A stretch of DNA of 64,000 nt from a virus (Duplodnaviria > Caudoviricetes). Made by a program: the position numbers and the translations under genes. The stretch lies in IMG/VR virus record IMGVR_UViG_3300025073_000989; one strand, 5' to 3'. Under the pieces are notes generated by a model. That model was not told the origin of the DNA. It saw only the letters and a list, made by a program, of their open reading frames with translations, and did not search any database. This document shows positions 11,808 to 22,269 of this stretch, piece by piece (position 1 is the stretch's first letter; the number at the start of each line of letters is the position of its first letter).

Positions 11808-11836
11808 ACCATAAGCACTAGCTGTACAAAAGTCAA
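11808..11836 (-). promoter_or_regulatory. Sigma70-type promoter upstream of the homing endonuclease
   Basis: TTGACT (11836-11831), 17-nt spacer, TATGGT (11813-11808), with an AT-rich UP-like tract upstream. Confidence 0.5.
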
Positions 11837-11863
11837 CATTATATAAAAAATTATATAAAACTA

Positions 11864-13462
11864 TTAACTATAGTCGAAGTATAAACGACTATTCACTGAA
11901 GAATTTGCCCCGGTCTCAGCCGAACCCAATCTGATATTCATCCAAATAGGGTCACTTATTAACCCTGTACTTCCAACAGTTTGAGAATCGTCAGCTGTAG
12001 ATACCTCGGCCAAGTTGGCTTTAGTTGAATATAAATATGCTGGAGGAGTGTCGCTATCAATATCCTGAGCTGTAACATTCGGATACCACTCAGTAGCTGC
12101 ATTAGTTCCAGTACCTGCTGTATTAGCAGGACCAACAGTACCAAAGCGAAAGAAGGTATCACTATTTCCTTCATTGTGGTGATTAAAAGTACCGTGAGAC
12201 TGTAGTCCAAACTTAACTGTAGAAACTTCTACTGCCCCAGACTCTACCTCAAACATTACGCACTTAACATCGCTTTCAGTACTAACAGTAACATTTCCAT
12301 AGTTCAAACTAGTTATATTATAACCACTTGGTTTAGGAGCAGAGCATATTACATAAAATTGATCTCCTGCTGATAAATTGTCACCACCACCTGTAGGATT
12401 AAATTTAATCTGTAAACCCCTAAGCCCAAACTGAGTAAAAGACCCAGAGCTGGTTGTACCTACAGAGCTACTATCATCGCCTCTATCTGAACTCCAAGCA
12501 TATTGAGCAGTCCCAGCAGCACCAGTAACATTGGTACCGTCTGTATAGTCTGGTTTATAACATTGAATAGTCCAAGCCGGAGAAGCAGATGAAAATACTG
12601 CATCTGAGAATTTTACCATTAGCCCCTTGGTGCCTACATTATACCAATGATTTACATATAACAGCTCAACAGAAGCTGTAGAATCATCCACAGAACCACC
12701 TGTAGTCCATGTCATAGTAGGAACATTTCCTGTACCAGCCCCCATGGTTGAACCATTAGCTATGTTTATAACTATTGTATAAAGAATGTCAGCAGTTGCT
12801 GTAAATAAACCACCAGTAGTCATAGTTCCATCATAGGTATTAGAACCACCCTTAGTAGGAGTAGCAATTCCCCTCACAGCACCATTATCATTTGTAATTA
12901 CTATTTTATAAGTTTCGTCTAAAAACCCATAGTATGTTCCAGAAACAGTAACATCGCCACTAAAGCCGTTAGGAGCCCCTGTAGTCTTATTTACAGTTCC
13001 TCCTTCCTCTACCTTGGTACCGAACCCTAGGGTCGTGTGAGCGCTATTTGTGCCCGAAACAACCACTACTGTTGATGACGACCCCAAAGTTCCTGAATAA
13101 ATTTTAAATCTATTACCGTAGTTATTACCACTGGTTCTATCGTAAGCAGATTCCCACTTACAAACTGCATTATCGTATCCCTCATCAGCCTTCCCGAGAT
13201 TATGCAATTTTTCAGTTATATCTTTTGCTATAAATCTGGGATCCAAAGCAGACCCAGAATATAACGTTATATATGGAGCAGAATCCCCATCTATACTTAG
13301 ATATAATCTATTTGTAGTAGGACCTATGTCAAAAGTATCCCCAACACTAGCAGTACCTATGGAATACCCATTTGTACCTACGCAACCGGCACCATTTCCA
13401 TCCCCTGCCACACCTGCTGCAGACGGCGAATAGGATACCCAACGAGTTATAGCAGCACACAT
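11864..13462 (-). CDS. Virion structural protein (532 aa) with sheath-accessory-type beta domains
   Basis: AGGAGG RBS. Thr/Gly-rich. The N-terminal domain (NRLYLSIDG...IAKDITEKL...FKIYSGTLGSSSTVVVV...TTLGF) is shared with 23819..24796 and the 1..3587 gene. Two internal G.Y.G..D..Y.I.I...GL.VKF repeats. Confidence 0.7.
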   Translation of the reverse strand: MCAAITRWVSYSPSAAGVAGDGNGAGCVGTNGYSIGTASVGDTFDIGPTTNRLYLSIDGDSAPYITLYSGSALDPRFIAKDITEKLHNLGKADEGYDNAVCKWESAYDRTSGNNYGNRFKIYSGTLGSSSTVVVVSGTNSAHTTLGFGTKVEEGGTVNKTTGAPNGFSGDVTVSGTYYGFLDETYKIVITNDNGAVRGIATPTKGGSNTYDGTMTTGGLFTATADILYTIVINIANGSTMGAGTGNVPTMTWTTGGSVDDSTASVELLYVNHWYNVGTKGLMVKFSDAVFSSASPAWTIQCYKPDYTDGTNVTGAAGTAQYAWSSDRGDDSSSVGTTSSGSFTQFGLRGLQIKFNPTGGGDNLSAGDQFYVICSAPKPSGYNITSLNYGNVTVSTESDVKCVMFEVESGAVEVSTVKFGLQSHGTFNHHNEGNSDTFFRFGTVGPANTAGTGTNAATEWYPNVTAQDIDSDTPPAYLYSTKANLAEVSTADDSQTVGSTGLISDPIWMNIRLGSAETGANSSVNSRLYFDYS

Positions 13463-13511
13463 ATTAAATACCTCCTAAATTATAAAATACTAAAAATTGA
13501 TCTTCAATACC

Positions 13512-13529
13512 CTACTTATAATATGGTTA
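13512..13529 (-). promoter_or_regulatory. Candidate late-promoter motif
   Basis: TAACC ATATTATAA GTAG GG, intergenic. Confidence 0.4.
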
Positions 13530-13534
13530 AATAA

Positions 13535-14896
13535 TTAATTGTCAGGGTCCTCAATAATAAATTCATACTCAAATGGGGCTAATTCGTTACCTGCAAAATC
13601 TTTTACTCCTTCTACTGTTACTTTAAAAGTCCTTCCATAGAAGTAATAAGTACTTTGTGGATAGATTGTAGCGCCCAAATCTTTACTAATTACTGGTTGT
13701 ATGGTAGCCCCTAAATTAACAGCCTCTAAATCCCTAGTAGTAAAATAAAAAGCGGCAGTATTACTATTAGGACAAAAAGCCAAATTACTAGCCCTAGACC
13801 AAACTGCAATTTCTTTATTTGCACCCCAATCAACTACATCACTAAAGGCTACGTCATAACCGCGCAATAAATAGTAGTCTCTTTCTCTACTATCCCCAAC
13901 TACATTTTCAATATGAGCTGTATATACCAACGTGTCTTTACTATAAAAATCATCTATTGGATCATAAGACATTCTGTAGCCGTTATTTATACTAGAAAAA
14001 ATAACAGGAACCCTTTGTCCATCTACAGCAAAATAACTATCATCTGTATTTATATTCCACAAACAATCAACTATATCAACCCAAGCAGTAGCACTTGTTG
14101 TAGTAAATTCCTCTACATCTAAAAAGAAATCACCGAACTCTAAACTCCAAGTCCTTATATCAGTTTTAGTACCACTAACTTCCATTTTAGTAGAATAAAG
14201 GTCTGAGTAGGTAGCAATAAAACCACCGCTAGCAGTAAGCACATCTATATTACAATCTAACATACCTGAGGTAGTACAAAAAATATCATTCTGTAACATA
14301 AATATATTTTCAGCGCACGAAACTAAATCTATATATATACTACTTACCTTTCCATTTTCAGTTTCTACATCGGTTTGTATAAAATTTAATGACGCCAAAA
14401 GACTACTAAATATATCTGTTGGCAAGCTATATCTTATATCATTCCATATGGTTACATCTACATCTGTATTATTTTGAAAACTTAAAGCACCTATATAAAA
14501 CCTAATAAAATTTATAACATCTATAGAATTGTCTTTAGCCTGAAGTTTTGAAAAAACAACCCTTAAATCTTCTAGACTTTCTAGTCTACTCCCAACCAAA
14601 AACTTAACTAGCATACTATCATAATAGCTGGTACCAAAGTTGGTTTTAAAAAAGTTAATTATGTCACTAATGCTTCCTGTGCTTAAAGATGTATTAAACT
14701 CATTTACAATATCATCTGTATTATCATTAAACATTCCTGGAAAAACACCAGTAGGACCAATAGTAGCCTCAACCTGTACCTCGTCTGTTCCAGAAACAGA
14801 ACTATTAATCACTACCGTTATTGGTATTTTGCTACTTCCAGAATAAGAAGTACCAACAATACATACAGTAGGTAGTAATGCCCTCCAATCAGTCAT
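13535..14896 (-). CDS. Putative virion protein with C-terminal Ig-like domain
   Basis: 453 aa. C-terminal IYPQ...FKVTVEGVKDFAGNELAPFEYEF resembles an SbsA/Big_5-type Ig domain. Confidence 0.65.
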   Translation of the reverse strand: MTDWRALLPTVCIVGTSYSGSSKIPITVVINSSVSGTDEVQVEATIGPTGVFPGMFNDNTDDIVNEFNTSLSTGSISDIINFFKTNFGTSYYDSMLVKFLVGSRLESLEDLRVVFSKLQAKDNSIDVINFIRFYIGALSFQNNTDVDVTIWNDIRYSLPTDIFSSLLASLNFIQTDVETENGKVSSIYIDLVSCAENIFMLQNDIFCTTSGMLDCNIDVLTASGGFIATYSDLYSTKMEVSGTKTDIRTWSLEFGDFFLDVEEFTTTSATAWVDIVDCLWNINTDDSYFAVDGQRVPVIFSSINNGYRMSYDPIDDFYSKDTLVYTAHIENVVGDSRERDYYLLRGYDVAFSDVVDWGANKEIAVWSRASNLAFCPNSNTAAFYFTTRDLEAVNLGATIQPVISKDLGATIYPQSTYYFYGRTFKVTVEGVKDFAGNELAPFEYEFIIEDPDN

Positions 14897-14915
14897 AGGC
14901 GTATTTCAGCCCTCT

Positions 14916-15881
14916 TTATGTATATTGATAATGTAATGTTGTTACAAAATCATAATTTCCAGCAGTAAATGAATCATCCATATCAGCCAACCTGGGCAAA
15001 AAAAGTAAGTAATCGCCTATCTCACTCCCAGTAACTCCTCCGTTTGCCACGTATGTTAAATCGAAATCCCCATAATAACTATCATTACCCTTCAAAACCA
15101 AATCAAAACCAGGAGGATGTATAAATAAGTTTGTACCATATACACTAGAACTTGTCCCAGCCTTTGGTACTTGTTTTGTTCCACCTTTAGACCTATAAGC
15201 TAAACAAGTAGCTCTGTAGTGCTCCTCATCTAATATTTTATTACTTGTAGTAGAATGAGTATCGTCATCCCAAGCAGTTAGTCTACAGCTGTATGCTTCG
15301 CCATTAGTTACTTCGTATATAACTGAATTTGAAGCGTGGGCAAAAACGCTGCTATTATTGTCAGAAGAACTGTATTTCCAAGTATACAAGGAGTCTGACC
15401 CACTTACAGTAGTAGTACTACCACTTATTGTTGCTGTTCCTACAGAACCACTAATTGTTATATTGTATCTGTTGTATGTAGTTCCTTCAATAGAAACTGT
15501 ACCTGAAGCTGTAGCCGCAGTTATAATTCCTCTATTATCTTTATCGTGATATATGATTTGGTTTGTCTCTGTTGGTACTATATATAAAGAAATACCGCTA
15601 AAAGTAGTATCTGTTCCAAAAGTAAACGTTGGGTTGTATAAATATAGTTGTGAAAAATAAGTTCCTTGTATGGTTGGCGCGTTCTGATTCCATTGAAATC
15701 TATACATAAAATCAACAGCCTCATACCAGGTACCTATGTATGCACTACCTGGTAATATATGTGATCTTGTCCCAGCAGCAGCAGGGCTGCTTATATTTGG
15801 GCTTGTAAATACTATTTTAGAAATATCTTTATAAGCAGAACCACCAGAGTTCCATAGTTTTTTAGTTATAGTAACAGCCAT
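14916..15881 (-). CDS. Putative virion structural protein (AWDD-motif paralog)
   Basis: 321 aa. LTAWDDDTHSTT...LKGNDSY matches LEAWDDNSFSTT...LSGYDSR of 16361..17047. Confidence 0.7.
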   Translation of the reverse strand: MAVTITKKLWNSGGSAYKDISKIVFTSPNISSPAAAGTRSHILPGSAYIGTWYEAVDFMYRFQWNQNAPTIQGTYFSQLYLYNPTFTFGTDTTFSGISLYIVPTETNQIIYHDKDNRGIITAATASGTVSIEGTTYNRYNITISGSVGTATISGSTTTVSGSDSLYTWKYSSSDNNSSVFAHASNSVIYEVTNGEAYSCRLTAWDDDTHSTTSNKILDEEHYRATCLAYRSKGGTKQVPKAGTSSSVYGTNLFIHPPGFDLVLKGNDSYYGDFDLTYVANGGVTGSEIGDYLLFLPRLADMDDSFTAGNYDFVTTLHYQYT

Positions 15882-15893
15882 TACTTATCTCCT

Positions 15894-16349
15894 TTAGGCA
15901 GCCGCCATTTTCCAATACGGCGATTCTAAAACTTTATCATCCTTTGAAAGTATAACATCTCCTATATTATGTTTAGACACATTATCCTGTTTCAATATTA
16001 TTTTATAATTGAATACCTCATTATCTCCTAACCCTTTTATATTGACAGCGTGAAATAATTTGTCATCGTTTTGTATACTCTGTGAAACTTCAACTAAATG
16101 CATATAAGCTTTAAACTTTGGAATAGTTATTATATGGCCAGTGGACAGTTTATAATGAAGAACGGTAATTCCCTCTCTTAAATCTGCCCAACCTGTATCA
16201 AAAAGATTATTTCCTTCTACAACAGTACCATCTGCGTATTCTGCTATAAAAAAACACTTATAAGGATTTACCATCCTTACAGTATTATGCCCACCGAAAA
16301 TGTTCCCACTTACAGCGTCTAAATCTTTAATATTTTTTAGTTCTGACAT
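15894..16349 (-). CDS. Hypothetical protein, paralog-like to 9795..10100
   Basis: 151 aa; FIAEYADGTVVEG...GWADL motif. Confidence 0.7.
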   Translation of the reverse strand: MSELKNIKDLDAVSGNIFGGHNTVRMVNPYKCFFIAEYADGTVVEGNNLFDTGWADLREGITVLHYKLSTGHIITIPKFKAYMHLVEVSQSIQNDDKLFHAVNIKGLGDNEVFNYKIILKQDNVSKHNIGDVILSKDDKVLESPYWKMAAA

Positions 16350-16360
16350 AAAATATACCC

Positions 16361-17047
16361 TTAAATATATAAATATCTAAATGATATTACTGGTTGATTA
16401 TACATTAACGGAGCAGAGGATGGTAATTCTACATATATGTTAAAGTACAGCATTTGGTTAGTAGCACTATCAGCATCTATAAGTCTTACCCTACTATCAT
16501 ATCCTGAAAGATAAGCGGAACGAGTACCTGAAGAACTAGCTGCTCCGTAAGTCACACCATTCCAACCAGCCGAGGGGGCTCCTTCTGTGCATCTTACTGC
16601 CGAAATCATGGAGTGAGAGAAATCTACAGTTCCAGAAAGTACTGGAAGGTCTGTAGTACTAAAACTATTATCGTCCCACGCCTCAAGATATAGACTTGAA
16701 CTTATAAAACCGTCTATATAAACGCCAAAAACGTACCTGTTGGTGTTTTTACCGGCATTGGGTACGTTAGTCATAATATTATCAGTTGTCGATTCTATGT
16801 ACGTTTGCGGGATAACTAGAGTACCTTCAGATGGGCGCATGGTGGCTTCTCTACTTCCGAACGAAGCAGTAGGTGTTGGTAGAAATTGATTTATACCACC
16901 ACCAGTAAATACTAAACTATCAGGATCTAACCCTGAAACAGTTGTAGTTTTTATGTACTTCCAATCCCCAACCTCTTCACCAGAACCTGAATATGGTGTA
17001 TCAGAAGACCCACTATTAAATAAAAAGTATAAATTTGGAACACTCAC
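16361..17047 (-). CDS. Putative virion structural protein (AWDD-motif paralog)
   Basis: 228 aa; GGAGGGGG RBS before GTG; shares the AWDD..STT motif with 14916..15881. Confidence 0.7.
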   Translation of the reverse strand: MSVPNLYFLFNSGSSDTPYSGSGEEVGDWKYIKTTTVSGLDPDSLVFTGGGINQFLPTPTASFGSREATMRPSEGTLVIPQTYIESTTDNIMTNVPNAGKNTNRYVFGVYIDGFISSSLYLEAWDDNSFSTTDLPVLSGTVDFSHSMISAVRCTEGAPSAGWNGVTYGAASSSGTRSAYLSGYDSRVRLIDADSATNQMLYFNIYVELPSSAPLMYNQPVISFRYLYI

Positions 17048-17095
17048 TATTTACCCCCTCCGCATTCTGTACATTATCTTAATTTATAAAACCTT

Positions 17096-17112
17096 CTACT
17101 ATCTGTAGGTTA
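17096..17112 (-). promoter_or_regulatory. Candidate late-promoter motif
   Basis: TAACC TACAGATA GTAG AAGG, intergenic. Confidence 0.4.
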
Positions 17113-17114
17113 GA

Positions 17115-19817
17115 TTATTGTAACCTATACACAATAGGAACTATGGTAACTATCCTTTCTTTACCTCCTATAGTAACCTCTATACTTTCAGAAACTCCGT
17201 CCCCAACACCATACACCTGAAAACTTATATTGCTTGTATTTCTAGGTAGGGCTTCTACACATCTTCCAGGACTAAAATTAGAATCATTAAACCAAGGAGC
17301 TGTACTTTCAGAACAATAAAATCTCCAAGTATCTAAAAGAGTGTTATTATATTCTGATTTGTCTCCTACTTTAACTTCTACTGAAACAATGTCTTCAAAA
17401 TCAAAACTTTTAGGCGGAGTGTATACTACATTATAATTATTAGTATTGATTTTAGTAACAGTAGGAAAAACTCTCTTGTAATTTACTTGCATCTCAAATG
17501 AATCTATGTCTATTCCTGAACCTATATCTATTATATCAAATGATATAATTGTGTCTATACCAACACTATACTCTTCTCTTGCTGGGTATATATTATTCAA
17601 TGCTGGGGCTCTAAAATCAGGAACCAGCATAAACCAATAGTCTAGTATTATCTTATTTGGTATTACAACAGTGTCATATACTTCCATTTGAACATATACA
17701 ATTCCATTATTGTGAAAATAAATACCAGACTCTGGGTACCACTGAAACTCTAAACCATTTAACCCTCCGCCAGCATCAAAAATAGTTATAGTCCCATTAG
17801 AAGTTATATCTCTCCATTCCTCTTTATCATCATAATAATACTCTTTTATTTTTATTACCAAACTATCCGGATTAAGACTAGCGGCAAAAGGTCTTAATCT
17901 GAGCCAAATATCTGTGTCTAGTGGATTTTTCTCTGACCAAAAAGAAGGCCTTGCCTCTTGTACAAAAGTAAATTGGTCTACAGTGACCGAGTCTTTATGC
18001 CCTGATGTATAATGCCTACTTATATAGGTTTGGCTTACTGGAGCTTGGCTAGTAACTACTGCTTTCTGTGTTATATTTCCCAAATTATTTACTGTCTTCT
18101 TACTAGTAATATACGTCGGTATCAGTATACTTCCTCCTGTTACCGTTCTACCAGTAGCGCTATGCAAGTAAGGAATATAAGCCTGTTTTATTATTTTACC
18201 ATCACCAGCACTTTGTGCTATACCGACGTGCCCTCCAGGAAATTTAAATTGAGTATAAGCACTAAGAAGATTATTTATAGTAGGAGTTTCTTTAATTTGT
18301 TTACAGTATAGTGTGGAAGGAAAACTAACTACTTTTTGTTTTATAAAAGAAGTACCAACCAGCCCTGAAAAATTAGCTTTGGATATTATAATTTTTTTAC
18401 ACCAAACGTACTGACTACCAGTACTTGAACTAGAGCCATCTGATCTAACTGATATAGTCACATTACCATCATAAATATATGAGGTATAAGTTATTTCGGC
18501 GCGGCCATTAATATCAGAAACCTCATGCCCATCTGTAGGAGTAAAATAAGCACCAGCATCACCTTGTTTATAAAAATTAATATTTTTATTAGAAAGAGTT
18601 ACCCCAAACTGGTCCCTTACAGTAGCTACTAAATTTACAGTATCCTGTCTGGTAACTGTCGCAGATGGAGCTATGTCTAGTGACACACTGAAACTATAAG
18701 GCAACAATGCATCCTCTTGATAATTATAATTACTCCAAGTGTATTTAGTATAAGAGTCTAAAGTATCTCCTTTTCTGGTTGTGGCTGATTGTAACCTATA
18801 GATAGTATAACCGTCAAAATCTATATCATAAACAGTTAATATGCTCTTATCATCTACATCAACTACTTGAAATATTTGTGACTTAATTATCTCGTAGTCA
18901 CTTATATCTACTGTTAACATATTTATTTTATTAACAAAAGATAATGCTGCGTAGGTGTTATTCCATTTGGCAGCTATAACATCCGTATAAACACCACCAT
19001 CATCATACCCTATTGTACTAAAATAGTTTTTAATATCCAGTTTATATATTCTCCCGCCAGTTGGTGTAAAAACTGCGGTAATGGTATTATACACCCCTAA
19101 ATTACTAAATAAATAGGCGCCCTTAAATATAGTTACAGGATCACCTTGTACGTATTCATACTTAGTAGGTATATATGAATCAGTTGTTCTTATTTCTATG
19201 GTTTTATCATCAACAACATCTTGTACATAAACATATTCTACCGCGCCAATGTTATCATTATCTGTACTAGGTCCTATCATTATAACATCATATTTTGCTA
19301 AACCACTAGTTGTAGTTATATCAACAAAACTGGTATTTTTAGATACATGCCAATCCAGTTCTATCTTTATAGTCTCTATGGCAAAAGCTTTACTATTAAA
19401 CGGTGTAGTAGAATCAAATGCCCCAGTTTTAGTATAAACTTCACTTAACTCCAGCCGAAAACTCTCCTGATTAAGTATCCATTTTCTTATAATACACTCA
19501 TCTGAATAATTATCTGGATAACCAGTTTTTCTAACCCTCTCCAGTGTATAGAAAGGAAGTCCAGTGTAGAACCCATTCTGATTGTAAGGTCCTACATACT
19601 GTATTGCTACTGGTTTATTATATGGGTAGGTACTAGAATGACTATCTACGTGAAGTGTGTCGGCTGGATAAAAATCGTATGTACGTATTAAGCTACCAGT
19701 ACTACTTTTAACTCTTAAAACAGCCTGCGTAGAAGAGGTATCTATACTACAGAAAGTTCCAGCTTGCGGTCCTATACAGAAATTTGGATAAGCTACTTGT
19801 ATGTTTTCATAAGACAT
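17115..19817 (-). CDS. Tail appendage protein with Big_1/invasin-type and further Ig-like domains (paralog 3 of 3)
   Basis: 900 aa. The N-terminal ~450 aa is colinear with the two upstream genes. Big_1-like VNLVATVRDQFGVTLSNKNINF...SDINGRAEITYT. C-terminal P.l.ni.P....V.idt.I.FdI.D.gSGID modules. Confidence 0.75.
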   Translation of the reverse strand: MSYENIQVAYPNFCIGPQAGTFCSIDTSSTQAVLRVKSSTGSLIRTYDFYPADTLHVDSHSSTYPYNKPVAIQYVGPYNQNGFYTGLPFYTLERVRKTGYPDNYSDECIIRKWILNQESFRLELSEVYTKTGAFDSTTPFNSKAFAIETIKIELDWHVSKNTSFVDITTTSGLAKYDVIMIGPSTDNDNIGAVEYVYVQDVVDDKTIEIRTTDSYIPTKYEYVQGDPVTIFKGAYLFSNLGVYNTITAVFTPTGGRIYKLDIKNYFSTIGYDDGGVYTDVIAAKWNNTYAALSFVNKINMLTVDISDYEIIKSQIFQVVDVDDKSILTVYDIDFDGYTIYRLQSATTRKGDTLDSYTKYTWSNYNYQEDALLPYSFSVSLDIAPSATVTRQDTVNLVATVRDQFGVTLSNKNINFYKQGDAGAYFTPTDGHEVSDINGRAEITYTSYIYDGNVTISVRSDGSSSSTGSQYVWCKKIIISKANFSGLVGTSFIKQKVVSFPSTLYCKQIKETPTINNLLSAYTQFKFPGGHVGIAQSAGDGKIIKQAYIPYLHSATGRTVTGGSILIPTYITSKKTVNNLGNITQKAVVTSQAPVSQTYISRHYTSGHKDSVTVDQFTFVQEARPSFWSEKNPLDTDIWLRLRPFAASLNPDSLVIKIKEYYYDDKEEWRDITSNGTITIFDAGGGLNGLEFQWYPESGIYFHNNGIVYVQMEVYDTVVIPNKIILDYWFMLVPDFRAPALNNIYPAREEYSVGIDTIISFDIIDIGSGIDIDSFEMQVNYKRVFPTVTKINTNNYNVVYTPPKSFDFEDIVSVEVKVGDKSEYNNTLLDTWRFYCSESTAPWFNDSNFSPGRCVEALPRNTSNISFQVYGVGDGVSESIEVTIGGKERIVTIVPIVYRLQ

Positions 19818-19826
19818 AGTATACCT

Positions 19827-21056
19827 TTAGTAGTACTGAGTAGCAGTAACTTCTATAGTAACGTGTTTAGGAGCAACTCCGGCCCTATAATTATTTGTAG
19901 CAACACCGTCCAACCAGGTATATACTTTACTTTGCGTCATATATCCTACATCATCGTTGTCTGTACAAGAAACTGCAGCATAATATAAAGGAATAGCATA
20001 CTGGTCATTTACTATGGTCCTAACCTCTGCGATATTAAAACCGTTTGCTGGAAGTATTGCTGGTGTAATATCAGCAGTAACAGAGTCTATATAATTTCTT
20101 ATAGGAGAAACTTGATAATTATATGTTGTCCAGCTATTGTCAGTTCCAAAATACATTGCTTCTATTTGTAATCTGAACAGGCTATTTCCAATCACAACCA
20201 TATCATATACCTGTATAATAGTGGAATTATTTACCCTTATATTATCTATGGTCATAGAAGTATCTACTGAAACAGAATTTGGATTCAAAAATTTCAACGT
20301 ATTAGTTTTTATGTAAAGTATGGAAAAGAAAGTTCCTAGTTGTGTATTAGATACCTCGCTAAAAGTACTAGCTACAATATTATCATACTCGCTGTCTTTA
20401 ATAATAGATAATAACTCACCATTAGGTATTTTATACTTTAATAAAGTTCCAGTACCATCAGATGGACTAAAGTAATTATTAAATATCCACATATTTCTAT
20501 GTATAATTATTTGATCGCCGGCAGAATATTCATATTCAGTAAAAGTATTAAACCCTACAGATGAGTCAGACAATGTGCCAGTAACGGTCATCTCCTCAAA
20601 GTAACCATTGTAGTTTGGTCCCAAAGTAATTACATCTCCTGGTTCTATCTTATCAACATAAGAAATTAAATCCACATATGTAGCATTTCCAGAAGAAGTG
20701 GTAGCAAAAGTAGTATTATAATGCTCTATGACAAAAGTATTTGAATCATATCTATAGTATGAATCATTATTAAAAGTATAAGTTTTTAAAAGATTACATA
20801 GACTGTTTTGTATAATCCATTTCTTTATTTCTATATTCCAAGTACTAGATGTCCTTTGTAGCGTCCAAAAAAACAAACCATCATACTCTAGACTTACTAC
20901 TTCTACTCCCAAAGTCACAGTTATTGGGTATGTAAATACTATATCTCCTTTGCTGGTTCTTTGTTCTAAAACATTAGAAGATTCATTAAACACATAAAAA
21001 TACTTACCATCACTTGTTAGATTCTTTTTTGTAGACCTAATGTTTTCATATGCCAT
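19827..21056 (-). CDS. Tail appendage protein with C-terminal Big_1-like domain (paralog 2 of 3)
   Basis: 409 aa; SLEYDGLFFWTL...IKKWII, ITLGPN, PAILPANGFNIAEVRTIVNDQY. Confidence 0.75.
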   Translation of the reverse strand: MAYENIRSTKKNLTSDGKYFYVFNESSNVLEQRTSKGDIVFTYPITVTLGVEVVSLEYDGLFFWTLQRTSSTWNIEIKKWIIQNSLCNLLKTYTFNNDSYYRYDSNTFVIEHYNTTFATTSSGNATYVDLISYVDKIEPGDVITLGPNYNGYFEEMTVTGTLSDSSVGFNTFTEYEYSAGDQIIIHRNMWIFNNYFSPSDGTGTLLKYKIPNGELLSIIKDSEYDNIVASTFSEVSNTQLGTFFSILYIKTNTLKFLNPNSVSVDTSMTIDNIRVNNSTIIQVYDMVVIGNSLFRLQIEAMYFGTDNSWTTYNYQVSPIRNYIDSVTADITPAILPANGFNIAEVRTIVNDQYAIPLYYAAVSCTDNDDVGYMTQSKVYTWLDGVATNNYRAGVAPKHVTIEVTATQYY

Positions 21057-21069
21057 AGTAGTTTAACCA

Positions 21070-22269
21070 CTAAGCTTGATTAACTGTGGCAGTTATAGTT
21101 ATGCTTCCAGCAGTGGTACCAGATGTATATGACGTTTGTGCCTTTCCATCTGAATCGGTATTAACAGTTAAGTTAAGCGGATCTATATAACCATTAGCAT
21201 CACTGTCTGTAAAGGTAACTAAACGCCCTACAACAGGTTGTAAAAATTGGTCTTTAACATAAGCAACTATGTCTGCGCTGCTTACCCCATTAGCAGTTAA
21301 TATCGCAGGATAGGCCGCTAAAGAAATAGAGGACACCAGTGGATTAATGGTAGATAATACGTAGTCAGCACTTTGTAATCTATATATATTTTGATCAACC
21401 ATAGCCATATCAGAAACAGTTGGTGCTGACCCTGTAGTTTCCATAGTCATAGACCCATAATAATCTAAAGACGAGCCGACGGTATCTATATTTATAAATA
21501 GTATATTGTATGATTTAGCAAAACACAGAGTATTTACAGGACCGTAAGTGGCAAAAGAATCAACATTATAAAAAGTAGCTGCATTTATATCTTTATATGC
21601 TCCACCAGTATACCTAGTTAAATATGACCCCACGTAAGCATTAAACTTATATAAAGCCCCAGTAGTACTTAAAAGGCCATCATAGTTATTAAACATCCAA
21701 ATGTTATTGTAAAATTGAGCTAAATCCCCCTCCTCAAAATCATAAGATGTAGGGTCTTCTAGTACTACATAGCCGTCCCCAGAATCAAATACTTGTATTG
21801 TTTCAGAGTAGCCATCTGTGTTTGGGCCTAAAGTAATAGTCATACCGCTAAGTATTTTATTCTGATAGCCCGCACCTATTCCTATATTTGTAGCTCCTGC
21901 AGTGTAAGTTCCAGTAACAGTGGTATGGTAGTGCTCAACAGAAAAAGCACTAGAATCATAATAATGATTAGCGTCTTGTAAAAACTCAAAAGTATCTTGT
22001 AATTTACAAACATAATTATCTATGCGCCATCTACGTATTCTCATACTAGCAGTACCTTTCTCTGTAGTTAAATCCTCTAACGACCAAAAATTTACCCCAT
22101 CATGCTCTAAGCTAATTATAGGATTTATTAGAACAGTATCTAAAGGGTAACTAAAGGCGGTAGTACCATCGTCAGTTTTTTGTATTAAAATATCAGCCGT
22201 ATCATCTAGCATATAAAAATAGCTGTCTACAACCGTCATATTTGCTTTAGTAAAACTTATATTAGCCAT
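21070..22269 (-). CDS. Tail appendage protein with C-terminal Big_1-like domain (paralog 1 of 3)
   Basis: 399 aa; SLEHDGVNFWSL...IRRWRI, ITLGPN, PAILTANGVSSADIVAYVKDQF...TDSDGKAQTSYTSG. Confidence 0.75.
   Translation of the reverse strand: MANISFTKANMTVVDSYFYMLDDTADILIQKTDDGTTAFSYPLDTVLINPIISLEHDGVNFWSLEDLTTEKGTASMRIRRWRIDNYVCKLQDTFEFLQDANHYYDSSAFSVEHYHTTVTGTYTAGATNIGIGAGYQNKILSGMTITLGPNTDGYSETIQVFDSGDGYVVLEDPTSYDFEEGDLAQFYNNIWMFNNYDGLLSTTGALYKFNAYVGSYLTRYTGGAYKDINAATFYNVDSFATYGPVNTLCFAKSYNILFINIDTVGSSLDYYGSMTMETTGSAPTVSDMAMVDQNIYRLQSADYVLSTINPLVSSISLAAYPAILTANGVSSADIVAYVKDQFLQPVVGRLVTFTDSDANGYIDPLNLTVNTDSDGKAQTSYTSGTTAGSITITATVNQA

Noticed and set aside
11704-11863. Group I intron or IS end around the Hef-like endonuclease
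   Set aside because: The flanking genes are complete, and no P3/P4/P7 core or transposase motifs are present; only two small hairpins.
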